Assembly (NCBI GenBank): GCA_023898365.1
Contig: CP060219.1
Coordinates: 737,934 to 801,933 of the forward strand
Direction: 5' to 3'
Source of the DNA: Candidatus Woesearchaeota archaeon
GTDB taxonomy: Archaea > Nanobdellota > Nanobdellia > Woesearchaeales > GCA-023898365
Length of the DNA: 64,000 nucleotides
Shown: one piece after another, positions 55,689 to 64,000 of the stretch
Numbering within the stretch: the stretch's first letter is position 1
How the letters are laid out: each line of letters begins with the position of its first letter
Notes under the pieces: generated by a model
Database searches by the model: none
What the model saw: only the letters and a program-made list of their open reading frames with translations
Told to the model about the DNA's origin: nothing
Made by a program: the position numbers and the translations under genes

Positions 55689-56352
55689 CTTCAAGAAACT
55701 CTATTTCGTGTTCAAACAAAATACCTTTTTTGAGCGGAACGGGCCGATAGGTGTCAAGCACCACTTCTGCTTCTAGCCATGAGCCAAGCTCTTGCGGGTT
55801 GCCAATTGTTGCGGACAATCCAATAAGTTGCACCGAAGGAAATCTTGTTTTCATTATGGTAAGAACAATTTCAAGAGCAGGACCTCTCCCTGGATCGGTA
55901 AGTAAATGAATTTCATCAGCAACAACGCATCCAATACTGCCAATCCACAGCGGTCGATGGCGTAAGAGTGAATCAAACTTTTCAACCGTTGCAATAATAA
56001 TATCATATGATGCTAAATAATCGTCACTCGTGTCAAGATCGCCTGAGCTAATACCGATGCGACACGCGGCGCCATATTTTTTCTTAAAATCCTGATACTT
56101 CTCACTTGCAAGCGCTTTGAGCGGCACGAGATAAATTGCTTTACGACCTTTTTCTAACACGGCATTGAGCATGGCAAGTTCTGCAACTAATGTCTTTCCA
56201 GAACCCGTTGGTGAACAGACCAGAATATTTTTTGAAGAAAATAGACCTTTGTCAATGCTCATGCGTTGACAAGCGCGAAGCTCTCGCTGTTTCGTTTTTT
56301 CGCTTAGTATTGCAAACACTTTTGTTGGAATTACTGCTCTTGCTTTTTCCAT
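55678..56352 (-). CDS. Stand-alone DEAH/Ski2-type helicase RecA1 domain (224 aa; truncated Hel308-like)
   Basis: Q-like motif, Walker A CSPTGSGKT, Walker B DEIH, SAT motif; no RecA2 domain follows. Confidence 0.65.
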   Translation of the reverse strand: MEKARAVIPTKVFAILSEKTKQRELRACQRMSIDKGLFSSKNILVCSPTGSGKTLVAELAMLNAVLEKGRKAIYLVPLKALASEKYQDFKKKYGAACRIGISSGDLDTSDDYLASYDIIIATVEKFDSLLRHRPLWIGSIGCVVADEIHLLTDPGRGPALEIVLTIMKTRFPSVQLIGLSATIGNPQELGSWLEAEVVLDTYRPVPLKKGILFEHEIEFLEDDT

Positions 56353-56930
56353 GTGGTAAATCTCCTCACTAACACAGCGAGTTTTTTATGGGTTGTTGAT
56401 AGTTTTTCATTTGCAATAGCAACCGCGCGAACAACATACGTGTCATCGACAAGTTTGTCTTTGCCAACTTTCACCGGCGCATCCATGCGTTCATTAAAAA
56501 ACATCTCAACCATGATCCGTCCTGTTTTTGAAAATGACACGATGCCTGAATGTTTTAATCCTTCTTCTCTACAGAGTTCTAAAAGTTTTTTTGCTGCGTC
56601 AAGATCTTTGCACGCAACGTGTAAGATTGCCGATTCTTGCCGCAAATACAACGTCGAGCCTTCATCAATGGACAATTCAACGTTTAGAAGATCCTGCGCA
56701 TCCACAACTGCATGACTAACAAAGAGCCAGCGTGCTTCGTGCTTCTTTTTTGAAGCGGGTTCTTCAAGAAGGACGATGCGTCCTGAACAAGATGACGTGG
56801 TGTACAATACATCAATTGCATTTATTGCGGTAAGTAATGGAATAATTTCTTTATCAACATCTCCTTTTTTTGATTTGTCAGGTGAGAACAATTTGGCAAG
56901 GACGCGTTTTTTATCTTCAGCAAATGGCAT
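56331..56930 (-). CDS. taw3: tRNA wybutosine-synthesis protein TYW3/Taw3
   Basis: Conserved SSCSGRI motif and overall length (~200 aa) of TYW3. Confidence 0.75.
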   Translation of the reverse strand: MPFAEDKKRVLAKLFSPDKSKKGDVDKEIIPLLTAINAIDVLYTTSSCSGRIVLLEEPASKKKHEARWLFVSHAVVDAQDLLNVELSIDEGSTLYLRQESAILHVACKDLDAAKKLLELCREEGLKHSGIVSFSKTGRIMVEMFFNERMDAPVKVGKDKLVDDTYVVRAVAIANEKLSTTHKKLAVLVRRFTTWKKQEQ

Positions 56931-56966
56931 ACGTGAGAAGAAAACCTTTCTTGTTTAAATAAGTGT

Positions 56967-57431
56967 TTATGGATGCTTCTTTTTTCTTTGTAAAGAAAAT
57001 TCGTAGAGGATGATAAGCACGATACTAACTGAAAGCAGCGCATCAGCAACGTTAAAGACGGGAAAGAAACCTAGATCAATGAAATCAGTAACGAATCCAA
57101 AAAAAATCCGATCAAGAATGTTACCAACACCGCCTGCAAAAAAAAGGCTTTCGCCAAGCCAGCTTCGCCGATCAAATTGAGAAAATGCAAGCCAACACAT
57201 GCCAAGAATGATGATGCTAAGCCCAAGAAACAAGAGATTTTTTCCAGGAAATAAGCCCCACGAAACACCGGTGTTTGCAACAAAATGCAAGTGAAGAACA
57301 CCAAAGGAAACATCCAACCCGTTGCGAAACAAAAACTTGGTACTTTGATCAACAAGCACTGCAAGAAGAAATGCAAGAACTACTTTACCAGGAAATTTCA
57401 TCCCTTTTTGTTTGCTTTGACGTGCCATCAA
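56967..57431 (-). CDS. lspA: Lipoprotein signal peptidase II (LspA)
   Basis: 4 TM; conserved FNVAD motif and NxxDR-like NILDRIFFGF segment; alternative start at 57401 (MKFPGK...). Confidence 0.75.
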   Translation of the reverse strand: MMARQSKQKGMKFPGKVVLAFLLAVLVDQSTKFLFRNGLDVSFGVLHLHFVANTGVSWGLFPGKNLLFLGLSIIILGMCWLAFSQFDRRSWLGESLFFAGGVGNILDRIFFGFVTDFIDLGFFPVFNVADALLSVSIVLIILYEFSLQRKKKHP

Positions 57432-57771
57432 CGATCTTCTCTATTTTTTGTAAACGCAAATTTACTCCGTCAAGTTCGCTCTTGATCATATCAAGTTTTG
57501 CAAGTATTAACTCAATTTCTCGCGAAGAATTTTGCGACAGGCCTGGTTCTTGCCGGGCACCACTCATCATAGGATCTCGATACTCTCGCTCTTTTATCGG
57601 TTCGCCAATTTGTCCCCCTGGTTGTCGTGGCGTGCCAAGAATAGGGTCATTCGCGAAGGGATCGTTTGCTTGTTGAGATGATCCTGAATCTCCGAATAAA
57701 TTATCGTCAAGGCCGGGATCAAATGCCTGTTCTTCTTTTCGTTTAAACAAATTTTTAATTCCCATCGTCAT
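57385..57771 (-). CDS. Hypothetical Gln/Pro-rich protein with C-terminal coiled coil
   Basis: ATG 57771 (track start 57810 is TTG); short overlaps with both neighbours. Confidence 0.4.
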   Translation of the reverse strand: MTMGIKNLFKRKEEQAFDPGLDDNLFGDSGSSQQANDPFANDPILGTPRQPGGQIGEPIKEREYRDPMMSGARQEPGLSQNSSREIELILAKLDMIKSELDGVNLRLQKIEKIVDGTSKQTKRDEISW

Positions 57772-58522
57772 CGCCACGCAACCGCTCGCCAAGTGATTGG
57801 CCGATTGCAAAGGTCTTGTCTCCGGCCATTTTCAAATAAGAAAACACGATCTTCGTCGGTTTGACTGTAATCGAATCCTCTCTGATGCCATCAAGAAAAA
57901 ACATGCCGCCTTGTTCTTCAAGCGCGTTTTTAACAAGTCCTGCGAACACCACCGATTTAAGATCTTGACCTGTGCCATACAACTCTTCGATTGCTGTTCT
58001 TGCTGCTACTTTTTCTTCATCAGATAAGGAGTCATAGCCTGGCGTTCTTGTTTGGGTAACATACCCAATTGGATCTTCTTGTGAAAGAACCTCAAGTAAG
58101 AATTCATTTGATAAGTCTTTACCAAAGGGGCCTTTTGTTTGCACTGTTACATTGTCAATTGCTTCTTTGCTGATGATGAACGTTAAGTAATACTCTTTTG
58201 GAGGTTCTTGCAAAGGAAAAGAGGCAAGTTCTTCTGCTGAAAAAATTGTTTCTTCATCCTCAAAAGCACCTATGTGGAATCCTGCAAGTACCTGTTCGTC
58301 TTCAACATACAAAAACGCCTTTTCCTTACTGGGGAAGTCTTCTTTGAACGATTTGACTTCTTGGTAGACGTTGATGCCGAAAATCGCACTCAGTAAAATG
58401 ACAACGACAACAACAACGAGCACTGCTTTGAGCACGCTCTTGATAAGTTTAAAGGAGAGAAATATGACAATTGCAAGGATGACGCCAAGGATCAAAGGAT
58501 TCGCGAATAATTCAGTTAACAT
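57755..58522 (-). CDS. N-terminally membrane-anchored hypothetical protein
   Basis: MLTELFANPLILGVILAIVIFLSF...AVLVVVVVVILLSAIFG two TM then soluble domain; divergent from the HerA-like gene. Confidence 0.5.
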   Translation of the reverse strand: MLTELFANPLILGVILAIVIFLSFKLIKSVLKAVLVVVVVVILLSAIFGINVYQEVKSFKEDFPSKEKAFLYVEDEQVLAGFHIGAFEDEETIFSAEELASFPLQEPPKEYYLTFIISKEAIDNVTVQTKGPFGKDLSNEFLLEVLSQEDPIGYVTQTRTPGYDSLSDEEKVAARTAIEELYGTGQDLKSVVFAGLVKNALEEQGGMFFLDGIREDSITVKPTKIVFSYLKMAGDKTFAIGQSLGERLRGDDDGN

Positions 58523-58624
58523 CTCACCACCTCCAGACAGATAGATCGGGACTGCTTCTTTAAAAAACTTCTTGTTGCGTTCTCACCCATTAACTTTAAA
58601 TAAGCACTCAGTTTAGCATCTCTT

Positions 58625-60583
58625 ATGCTCCTTGGAACGCTCTTTGGAAAGATAACCACGAACAAATTTTCATTTGCCGCAACTACGACGGTAAAAAAGT
58701 TTGATTATGTGCAGGTGATGCATGACGAGTACGGGTTTGTTCTTAGTCAAATTGTTGAAGTGACGCGCGATAAAGGAAAAACCCTTGCAACCTGTCAAAT
58801 TATTGGGTTTCTTGACAATGGCAAACTTACGCGTCTTCGCACTCCTTTTGCAGAAAACTCCGAGGTTCTCTTAGCTGAGGATGATGTGGTCAAAGAAATT
58901 GTCATGGCGGCAATTCCCCAGCACGGCTTTTTTCTTGGCAGACTTGATGGTCGCTACGTTGATGTTCTTCTCGATCCGGATATTGTCTTAACAAAGCATC
59001 TTGCTATTCTTGCAAAATCGGGAGCAGGAAAATCGTATGCGGCGGGCGTCCTTCTTGAAGAGATGCTTGAAAAGAATGTTCCTGTTCTCATTTTTGATCC
59101 CCATGGAGAATACGCAACCCTTAGCGAAAAAGCTGAACCGAGCGAAGCGTTAGCAAGTTTCGGCCTTGATCCAAAGCGCTATAAAGTAAAAACGTGGGGT
59201 GATCCAACGGTTGTTGCGAATGCAACGCCCATTTCCCTTCCACCACCCGCAACTGCACATGATCTTTTTGATTTGCTTCCAGGAAAGCTTTCCCCTTCCC
59301 AGCAAGCTCTCTTGCACACCGCATTGAAAGGGCTATCACAGTTCACGTTTGACGATCTCCTTGCCATTCTTGATCTTGAAGAGTCCACATCAAAGTTTCA
59401 ACTCATGGGAATGATCACCTACCTTAAAGAACTAAAACTCTTCTCCCAAGCAAGGCCTGCACACAACGAATTCGTTAAACCGGGCAGGGCGAACATTATC
59501 AATTTCAAAGGGTTCTCTCCTGACGTACAAGAAATTATCGCTTCTAAATTATTAACTGATTTGTTTAAGCTTCGAAAAGAAAACAAGATTCCTCCTTTCT
59601 TTTTGGTGCTCGAAGAAGCGCATAATTTTTGTCCTGAAAGAAGTTTTGGAGAGAAAAAATCTTCGAAAATTATTCGCACATTAGCTTCTGAAGGAAGAAA
59701 ATTCGGTCTTGGACTGTGCGTTATTAGTCAGCGTCCTGCACGTATTGATAAATCGGTATTAAGTCAGTGTTCAACAAACATTATTTTGAAAGTGACAAAC
59801 CCGCAAGATGTCAGAGCAGTCATGGCAAGCGTTGAAGGTGTAACTGATGCTTCGGAGACTGAAATTCAGCAGCTTCCTATTGGCAGCGCAATGATTTGCG
59901 GCGTTACAGATGTTCCTCTCTTCATTTCTGTTCGTCCGAGAAGAACAAAACACGGCGGCGAAACAGTACGTATTCTGCAACAAGAAGAATCATTTACCAA
60001 CCAACAACAATCATTTCAGGAGGCAGAAGTGTTGCCCTTGATCAAACCAGAAATGTCGTTGCAAGATGCACGCATTGTTCTTGACAAGCAAGATGCGGGC
60101 GTTGAGTTAGTGCCTGCAATTCAAGTTGTCTGTTCTGAAAATAATGAAACCTTTCATGTTCTTGTTGAACTCATCGAAGGAGGAATTGTTGCAAACAGAG
60201 ACACGTTCGAAAAAAAATTCATCCCCTCATTTCAAGGACTCTTACCTCTTGCTGTTCAAATATTGCGCTATGCAAACAAAGCAGAACGCTTCTTACCAAG
60301 CGCATTGTATTCTCTTGGGGCTGCGCGAGAACGATCAAAAGCACTTGCTCAATTACTTGAAAAAGGATATGTGATACGAGATGGCGAGCACATTGCCCTT
60401 TCACCACAGTTCTTATTCAAGAAGCTTTCAAGCGTGAAAGATTTTGGCAAACTCCAATATGAAAGCATCGCTTACAAAGAAAAACTAGCTCCCCTTCTCC
60501 AAGCAAAAGAGGTGCAAGAACAATTTGCAAAATTTGTTTCAGTCATTGAAACAAATGAGTGTTTCTTGGTGCGTTACATATAA
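58625..60583 (+). CDS. HerA-family (FtsK/HerA superfamily, DUF87-type) ATPase with extra ~200-aa C-terminal domain
   Basis: HAS-barrel-like N-term (FDYVQVMHDEYGFVLSQIVEV...); Walker A HLAILAKSGAGKSYAAG; VPVLIFDPHGEY; Walker B FFLVLEEAHNF; ISQRPARID Arg-finger; C-terminal 450-652 unassigned. Confidence 0.7.
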   Translation: MLLGTLFGKITTNKFSFAATTTVKKFDYVQVMHDEYGFVLSQIVEVTRDKGKTLATCQIIGFLDNGKLTRLRTPFAENSEVLLAEDDVVKEIVMAAIPQHGFFLGRLDGRYVDVLLDPDIVLTKHLAILAKSGAGKSYAAGVLLEEMLEKNVPVLIFDPHGEYATLSEKAEPSEALASFGLDPKRYKVKTWGDPTVVANATPISLPPPATAHDLFDLLPGKLSPSQQALLHTALKGLSQFTFDDLLAILDLEESTSKFQLMGMITYLKELKLFSQARPAHNEFVKPGRANIINFKGFSPDVQEIIASKLLTDLFKLRKENKIPPFFLVLEEAHNFCPERSFGEKKSSKIIRTLASEGRKFGLGLCVISQRPARIDKSVLSQCSTNIILKVTNPQDVRAVMASVEGVTDASETEIQQLPIGSAMICGVTDVPLFISVRPRRTKHGGETVRILQQEESFTNQQQSFQEAEVLPLIKPEMSLQDARIVLDKQDAGVELVPAIQVVCSENNETFHVLVELIEGGIVANRDTFEKKFIPSFQGLLPLAVQILRYANKAERFLPSALYSLGAARERSKALAQLLEKGYVIRDGEHIALSPQFLFKKLSSVKDFGKLQYESIAYKEKLAPLLQAKEVQEQFAKFVSVIETNECFLVRYI

Positions 60584-61026
60584 CTCGAAATGCTTGGCGT
60601 GATAACGTCAAGATTGAGAAAGAGCACGAGAACAATGCCTGCCATAAACACGAGCATGGAAATAACATAACTTTGCAGTGCAACTTGAAAGGATGTTTCT
60701 TTGTCAACTTTTGCGATAAGGTTACACAGCTTATATGCGCAAATCGAAAATAAAGCAAGACCAATGCTGACACTTGCAAACTCACTCATAATCAACGTAC
60801 AAGCAGTTGTAGCAACTAAAAACACAAGAGAACTAACACTGACAATAAATAGGATGTCTGCTCGCTGTTGTTTTTTGAGAAAGAGGCGAAATAAGAGGAG
60901 CTCGAGAGGAATCAAGAGTAGCGTAACAATGCCAATAAGAAACACTTGAGCACTAAACTGGGCAAGCATGAAGGGTAACGGCAGGTGAGGATTTATATAG
61001 GCATCGTTTTCGGGCAACTTCTCCAT
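60574..61026 (-). CDS. Polytopic membrane protein (hypothetical), convergent with the HerA-like gene
   Basis: 4 TM; ATG 61026 (track start 61050 is TTG). Confidence 0.5.
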   Translation of the reverse strand: MEKLPENDAYINPHLPLPFMLAQFSAQVFLIGIVTLLLIPLELLLFRLFLKKQQRADILFIVSVSSLVFLVATTACTLIMSEFASVSIGLALFSICAYKLCNLIAKVDKETSFQVALQSYVISMLVFMAGIVLVLFLNLDVITPSISSYM

Positions 61027-61119
61027 GGTAAAAAGAGCCGATTTTGTCAAGGACTTTCGGGAAAAATTTTTAAATGGAGAAGATGTTATTTTCTCGTAGA
61101 GTACATGAGGGGAATGAGC

Positions 61120-62532
61120 ATGAAATATACATTATTTGCATCTTTGCTATTGGTCTTGGTGTCGTCGTTTGTTCTTGCAGACGCGTTTCATTATGAAGCA
61201 GGAGCCGTACGATCGGTTGTTTTACCTGGATCGCCAGTCGTGTTCAACCTTTCGATCACTAATTTGCAAAGTAGCACTGATGTTGTTTCCTTTTCTCCTG
61301 TAGAAAGTACGAACTGGATAACGACTCCAAGTTCGGTCTCCGTGCTTCCCCAAGAAACAAAAGTAGTCACCCTCACTATCACTCCTGCACAGGTCTTTGT
61401 TGGCTCGTTTACCGTTGACATTGATGCGCACTCAAGAAACACCAGAGAAATCTCTCGTATTTCTCTTTTTACGCGATTTACGACATCAAGCCCTGCGCAA
61501 TCATATGTCAAAAACGTTGGGGTTGTGGTAGCAACTGATGAAGTGTATGATCCTCGTGAGCAAGTGAAAGTTCGCTTTTCTCTTACTAACAGAAACCCAA
61601 TTCTTATCGATCCGGTGCGCATTGTCGTACTCTCAGACGGACTCTTTGAAGATGAATTTACCATCTCCCTTGATCCTCTTGAACAAGAAGATATTAATCG
61701 CTACTACGTCATCGACCCACTTCAAGCGCCAGGAGAGCATGAACTTATTGTCAATGTCTTCCTTGATAATGAATCCGTTGCGTACAAGAGTGTACAGAAA
61801 CTATTCTCGGTTGAAGAATACGGTGACATCTCTTTTACGCTCACCACAGAAAAAGATGGATTGTTATCACGACGCTTAGTTGAAGTGTTCACCAACACAG
61901 GAAATATTCCTCTTGAAAAAACATTCATGATTCCTGTTGGTGGATTTCGCAAATACTTTTCTTCAACAGACCCATCGTACAAGGTCGTAAAAGATTTGAA
62001 TGGAAACAATTATTATGAAGTCGGCGTTTCCTTAGCACCTAACACATCAACAGAAGTTGTCTTTACAGAAAATTTCTGGCCTCTTGTCTCTACCATCCTT
62101 GTTATTATCGTCAGCATTGTTGCATACTTTGTTTTCAGACCGCAAGTTGTTATTCGAAAATCATATTCGACACTCGGAGACAATGAGAAAGATGGCACGC
62201 AAGTACTTCGCGTACGACTCATTGTTCGAAACCGTTCAAGAACGCCAGTTTCAAACTTATCAGTCTTTGACAAGGCACCGCACATCGTTGACATCAGTGT
62301 TGATGACAAGCCAGGCGTGCTTATGCCAACAAAAATTACAAAGAATGACAAACGAGGAGCGATCGTTAAATGGGATATTGACTTGTTTGATGGCTTTGAA
62401 GAACGCATCCTCGTCTACAAACTCAAAACAAAACTCAACGTCATAGGAGATATGACCTTGCCACGGGCAAAAGCAAAATTTGTGAGCAAATTCGGTGCGC
62501 AAACAACGGTGCAAAGTAAGCGTGTTTTCTAA
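61120..62532 (+). CDS. Secreted beta-rich protein with C-terminal TM anchor (S-layer/COG1470-like, inference)
   Basis: Signal MKYTLFASLLLVLVSSFVLADA; TM WPLVSTILVIIVSIVAYFVF near residue 350; ATG 61120 with GAGGGG upstream (track start 60985 rejected). Confidence 0.6.
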   Translation: MKYTLFASLLLVLVSSFVLADAFHYEAGAVRSVVLPGSPVVFNLSITNLQSSTDVVSFSPVESTNWITTPSSVSVLPQETKVVTLTITPAQVFVGSFTVDIDAHSRNTREISRISLFTRFTTSSPAQSYVKNVGVVVATDEVYDPREQVKVRFSLTNRNPILIDPVRIVVLSDGLFEDEFTISLDPLEQEDINRYYVIDPLQAPGEHELIVNVFLDNESVAYKSVQKLFSVEEYGDISFTLTTEKDGLLSRRLVEVFTNTGNIPLEKTFMIPVGGFRKYFSSTDPSYKVVKDLNGNNYYEVGVSLAPNTSTEVVFTENFWPLVSTILVIIVSIVAYFVFRPQVVIRKSYSTLGDNEKDGTQVLRVRLIVRNRSRTPVSNLSVFDKAPHIVDISVDDKPGVLMPTKITKNDKRGAIVKWDIDLFDGFEERILVYKLKTKLNVIGDMTLPRAKAKFVSKFGAQTTVQSKRVF

Positions 62533-62620
62533 AGAGAGGTGAGGAAAAACGGTTCTTGAAAGCATCCTCCCTTCGGGTTGGCTCGAGCGGAGGCTACGTT
62601 ACGTATTCTTTCTTGGTAGT

Positions 62621-63400
62621 GTGTATTCCGTCATAGGCATTCTCATTGCACGATTGTTGTTTCCAAATAATCCTTCGCTGGTGTCAGTTGCATTCACTTC
62701 CTTGCTTCTCCTGCCTTCATTAAGTAAAATCTTTTCTCTTGAAACAAGACAACAAGCAAGAGAAAAGCGGTTTAGTTTTCGCAAACTCATCTATGACGAG
62801 TACGATTTTGTTGGCGTCTACCTCATGCTCATGCTTGGCGTCTTTGTCACGTATTTACTGGCAGCTGTTGTGCTCCCCAATTTCGAAGTTAACAGCTTGT
62901 TTGCAGCCCAACTAACAACAGGGGATATTGCGGGCTTTGCAACCTTTAATTCAGGGCTCTTTTCTCTCATACTGCTCAATAACTTCTTTGTCTTACTTGC
63001 GTGCTTCTTGCTTTCGTTGTTGACTGGTGATGGAGGTTCATTCCTTCTTATCTGGAATGCATCGCTTTGGGGATCTGTTTTTGGCATCACTGCAAAAAAT
63101 GCGGCGTTCTACTTAGGACAAAATCCTTTCTTTGTTATCTTCATGATTTTACTTGTTGTCTTTCCTCATGCCCTTCTAGAAATGTTCTCTTATATTTTGG
63201 GAGCTATTAGCGGAGGAATTATTTCAAAAAGCTTTCAGCACGGTATTGTTCAGAAAAAAAACGAGCTCTTCATGTATAACTTTTGGACTTTCTTTATTGC
63301 GTTTGCAGTTCTTATCATTGCAGCGCTTGTTGAAACATTCGTATTGCAAAACGCATCGACGTACGCGTCAATTGCGCATCTTGCGAGGTTCGGGCCGTGA
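62621..63400 (+). CDS. Polytopic membrane protein (SpoIIM/DUF95-like, weak), GTG start
   Basis: 6 TM; in-frame stop at 62540 and no ATG before the first TM leaves GTG 62621 as start. Confidence 0.45.
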   Translation: MYSVIGILIARLLFPNNPSLVSVAFTSLLLLPSLSKIFSLETRQQAREKRFSFRKLIYDEYDFVGVYLMLMLGVFVTYLLAAVVLPNFEVNSLFAAQLTTGDIAGFATFNSGLFSLILLNNFFVLLACFLLSLLTGDGGSFLLIWNASLWGSVFGITAKNAAFYLGQNPFFVIFMILLVVFPHALLEMFSYILGAISGGIISKSFQHGIVQKKNELFMYNFWTFFIAFAVLIIAALVETFVLQNASTYASIAHLARFGP

Positions 63401-63666
63401 AACTGACGAGCTATCTTTTTTCTTTTGAGCGGTTTGCCATTCACTTGCTCATACTCATCCTTCTTGGAGGCGTGCAGCTCCTGCAACAACTTCTTTCTTT
63501 AGATAAAATCTTGTTTTGGTATGATTATGTGTTGATGTTCTTGTTCTTGCCCTCGCTTTACCTTCCAGGGTTTTTTGGCATTTTTCTCACGTATGTCTAC
63601 TTTCACGTGCTTGCCTGCGTTGCAACTGTTGCGTATTTGTTCGCTCGTGAAAACATGAAGAAATAA
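63397..63666 (+). CDS. Small membrane protein (GTGA-coupled to upstream gene)
   Basis: 89 aa, 3 hydrophobic helices; GTG start overlapping upstream TGA. Confidence 0.35.
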   Translation: MKLTSYLFSFERFAIHLLILILLGGVQLLQQLLSLDKILFWYDYVLMFLFLPSLYLPGFFGIFLTYVYFHVLACVATVAYLFARENMKK

Positions 63667-63677
63667 AAACTGGTTGA

Positions 63678-64000
63678 TCAGAACCGTTGTAAGTTCAGAT
63701 ATGACCTAACTTCAAGAAGGAGCCGGTCAACATCTTCTCCAACCATCTTATCATAATGTGACGAATAGACTTTGTAGATGAATTTATCAAAAATAGTTTT
63801 CATAAAGAGCATGACCGCGTTGTTATCCCATTTGTTCTCAAGATCGGTAACAACATATGCGTCAGTTGTAATGGTAACTTCTCCTTTCCAGAGTTTTTTC
63901 TTTCGCACACCATCTTCAACTTCTGCTTCTTGAAGTTTGCGAAAATTGATGACCAGATGTATTTCAAGCTTTGCTTCCGGATTGAGCAGACGGTAGGGGA
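63678..64000 (-). CDS. Hypothetical protein, 3' part only (open frame continues past window end)
   Basis: Frame open from 64000 to stop at 63678; track ORF 63678-63908 is its C-terminal portion. Confidence 0.5.
   Translation of the reverse strand, partial: PYRLLNPEAKLEIHLVINFRKLQEAEVEDGVRKKKLWKGEVTITTDAYVVTDLENKWDNNAVMLFMKTIFDKFIYKVYSSHYDKMVGEDVDRLLLEVRSYLNLQRF

Noticed and set aside
60985-61119. Upstream extension of the secreted protein ORF (track start 60985)
   Set aside because: The extension is Arg/Cys-rich and overlaps the convergent membrane gene. ATG 61120 has a GAGGGG SD and begins a canonical signal peptide.

Overview
AT-rich, gene-dense segment that appears archaeal and resembles a small-genome DPANN-like lineage (lineage call is inference). 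Key signatures: a conserved archaeal gene string on the minus strand at 973-3657 (S27ae, S24e, Spt4/RpoE'', RpoE', PIN, DHH phosphoesterase); aIF-1A; a CDC48/VCP AAA ATPase; TYW3; two tRNAs, one with an apparent ~74-nt canonical-position intron; mixed leaderless (TATA ~25 bp upstream of ATG) and Shine-Dalgarno-led genes; many ATGA/ATG-TAA overlaps indicating translational coupling. Inserted into this background is a bacterial-looking cassette of RibD_C-like reductase, NrdR, a class II (B12-dependent) ribonucleotide reductase NrdJ and a PduO-type cobalamin adenosyltransferase, preceded by a perfect 12-bp inverted repeat flanking the putative TATA box. A large fraction of the window encodes secreted, lipobox or membrane proteins: a subtilisin-like protease, an SLT-like lytic transglycosylase, Ig-repeat lipoprotein, LspA, SppA, four tandem paralogous membrane proteins and two paralogous secreted proteins. 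Candidate undescribed systems: (i) a coupled operon at 32024-38314 (beta-propeller protein, KaiC-like ATPase with a degenerate Walker A, a 527-aa unknown, an acidic coiled-coil protein, and a 672-aa xylose-isomerase-like TIM barrel split by a ~350-aa insertion); (ii) a HerA-family ATPase with an extra ~200-aa C-terminal domain embedded among membrane and secreted proteins at 57755-63666 (possible Ced-like DNA-translocation or defence module); (iii) a double-size PIN-PhoH (YlaK-like) ATPase. Several short unannotated ORFs with strong SD or leaderless promoters, and a decayed PPDK_N-domain remnant, are also present. The ORF track uses GTG/TTG as M, so many starts were re-derived. All calls are from motif recognition by eye; no database searches were run.
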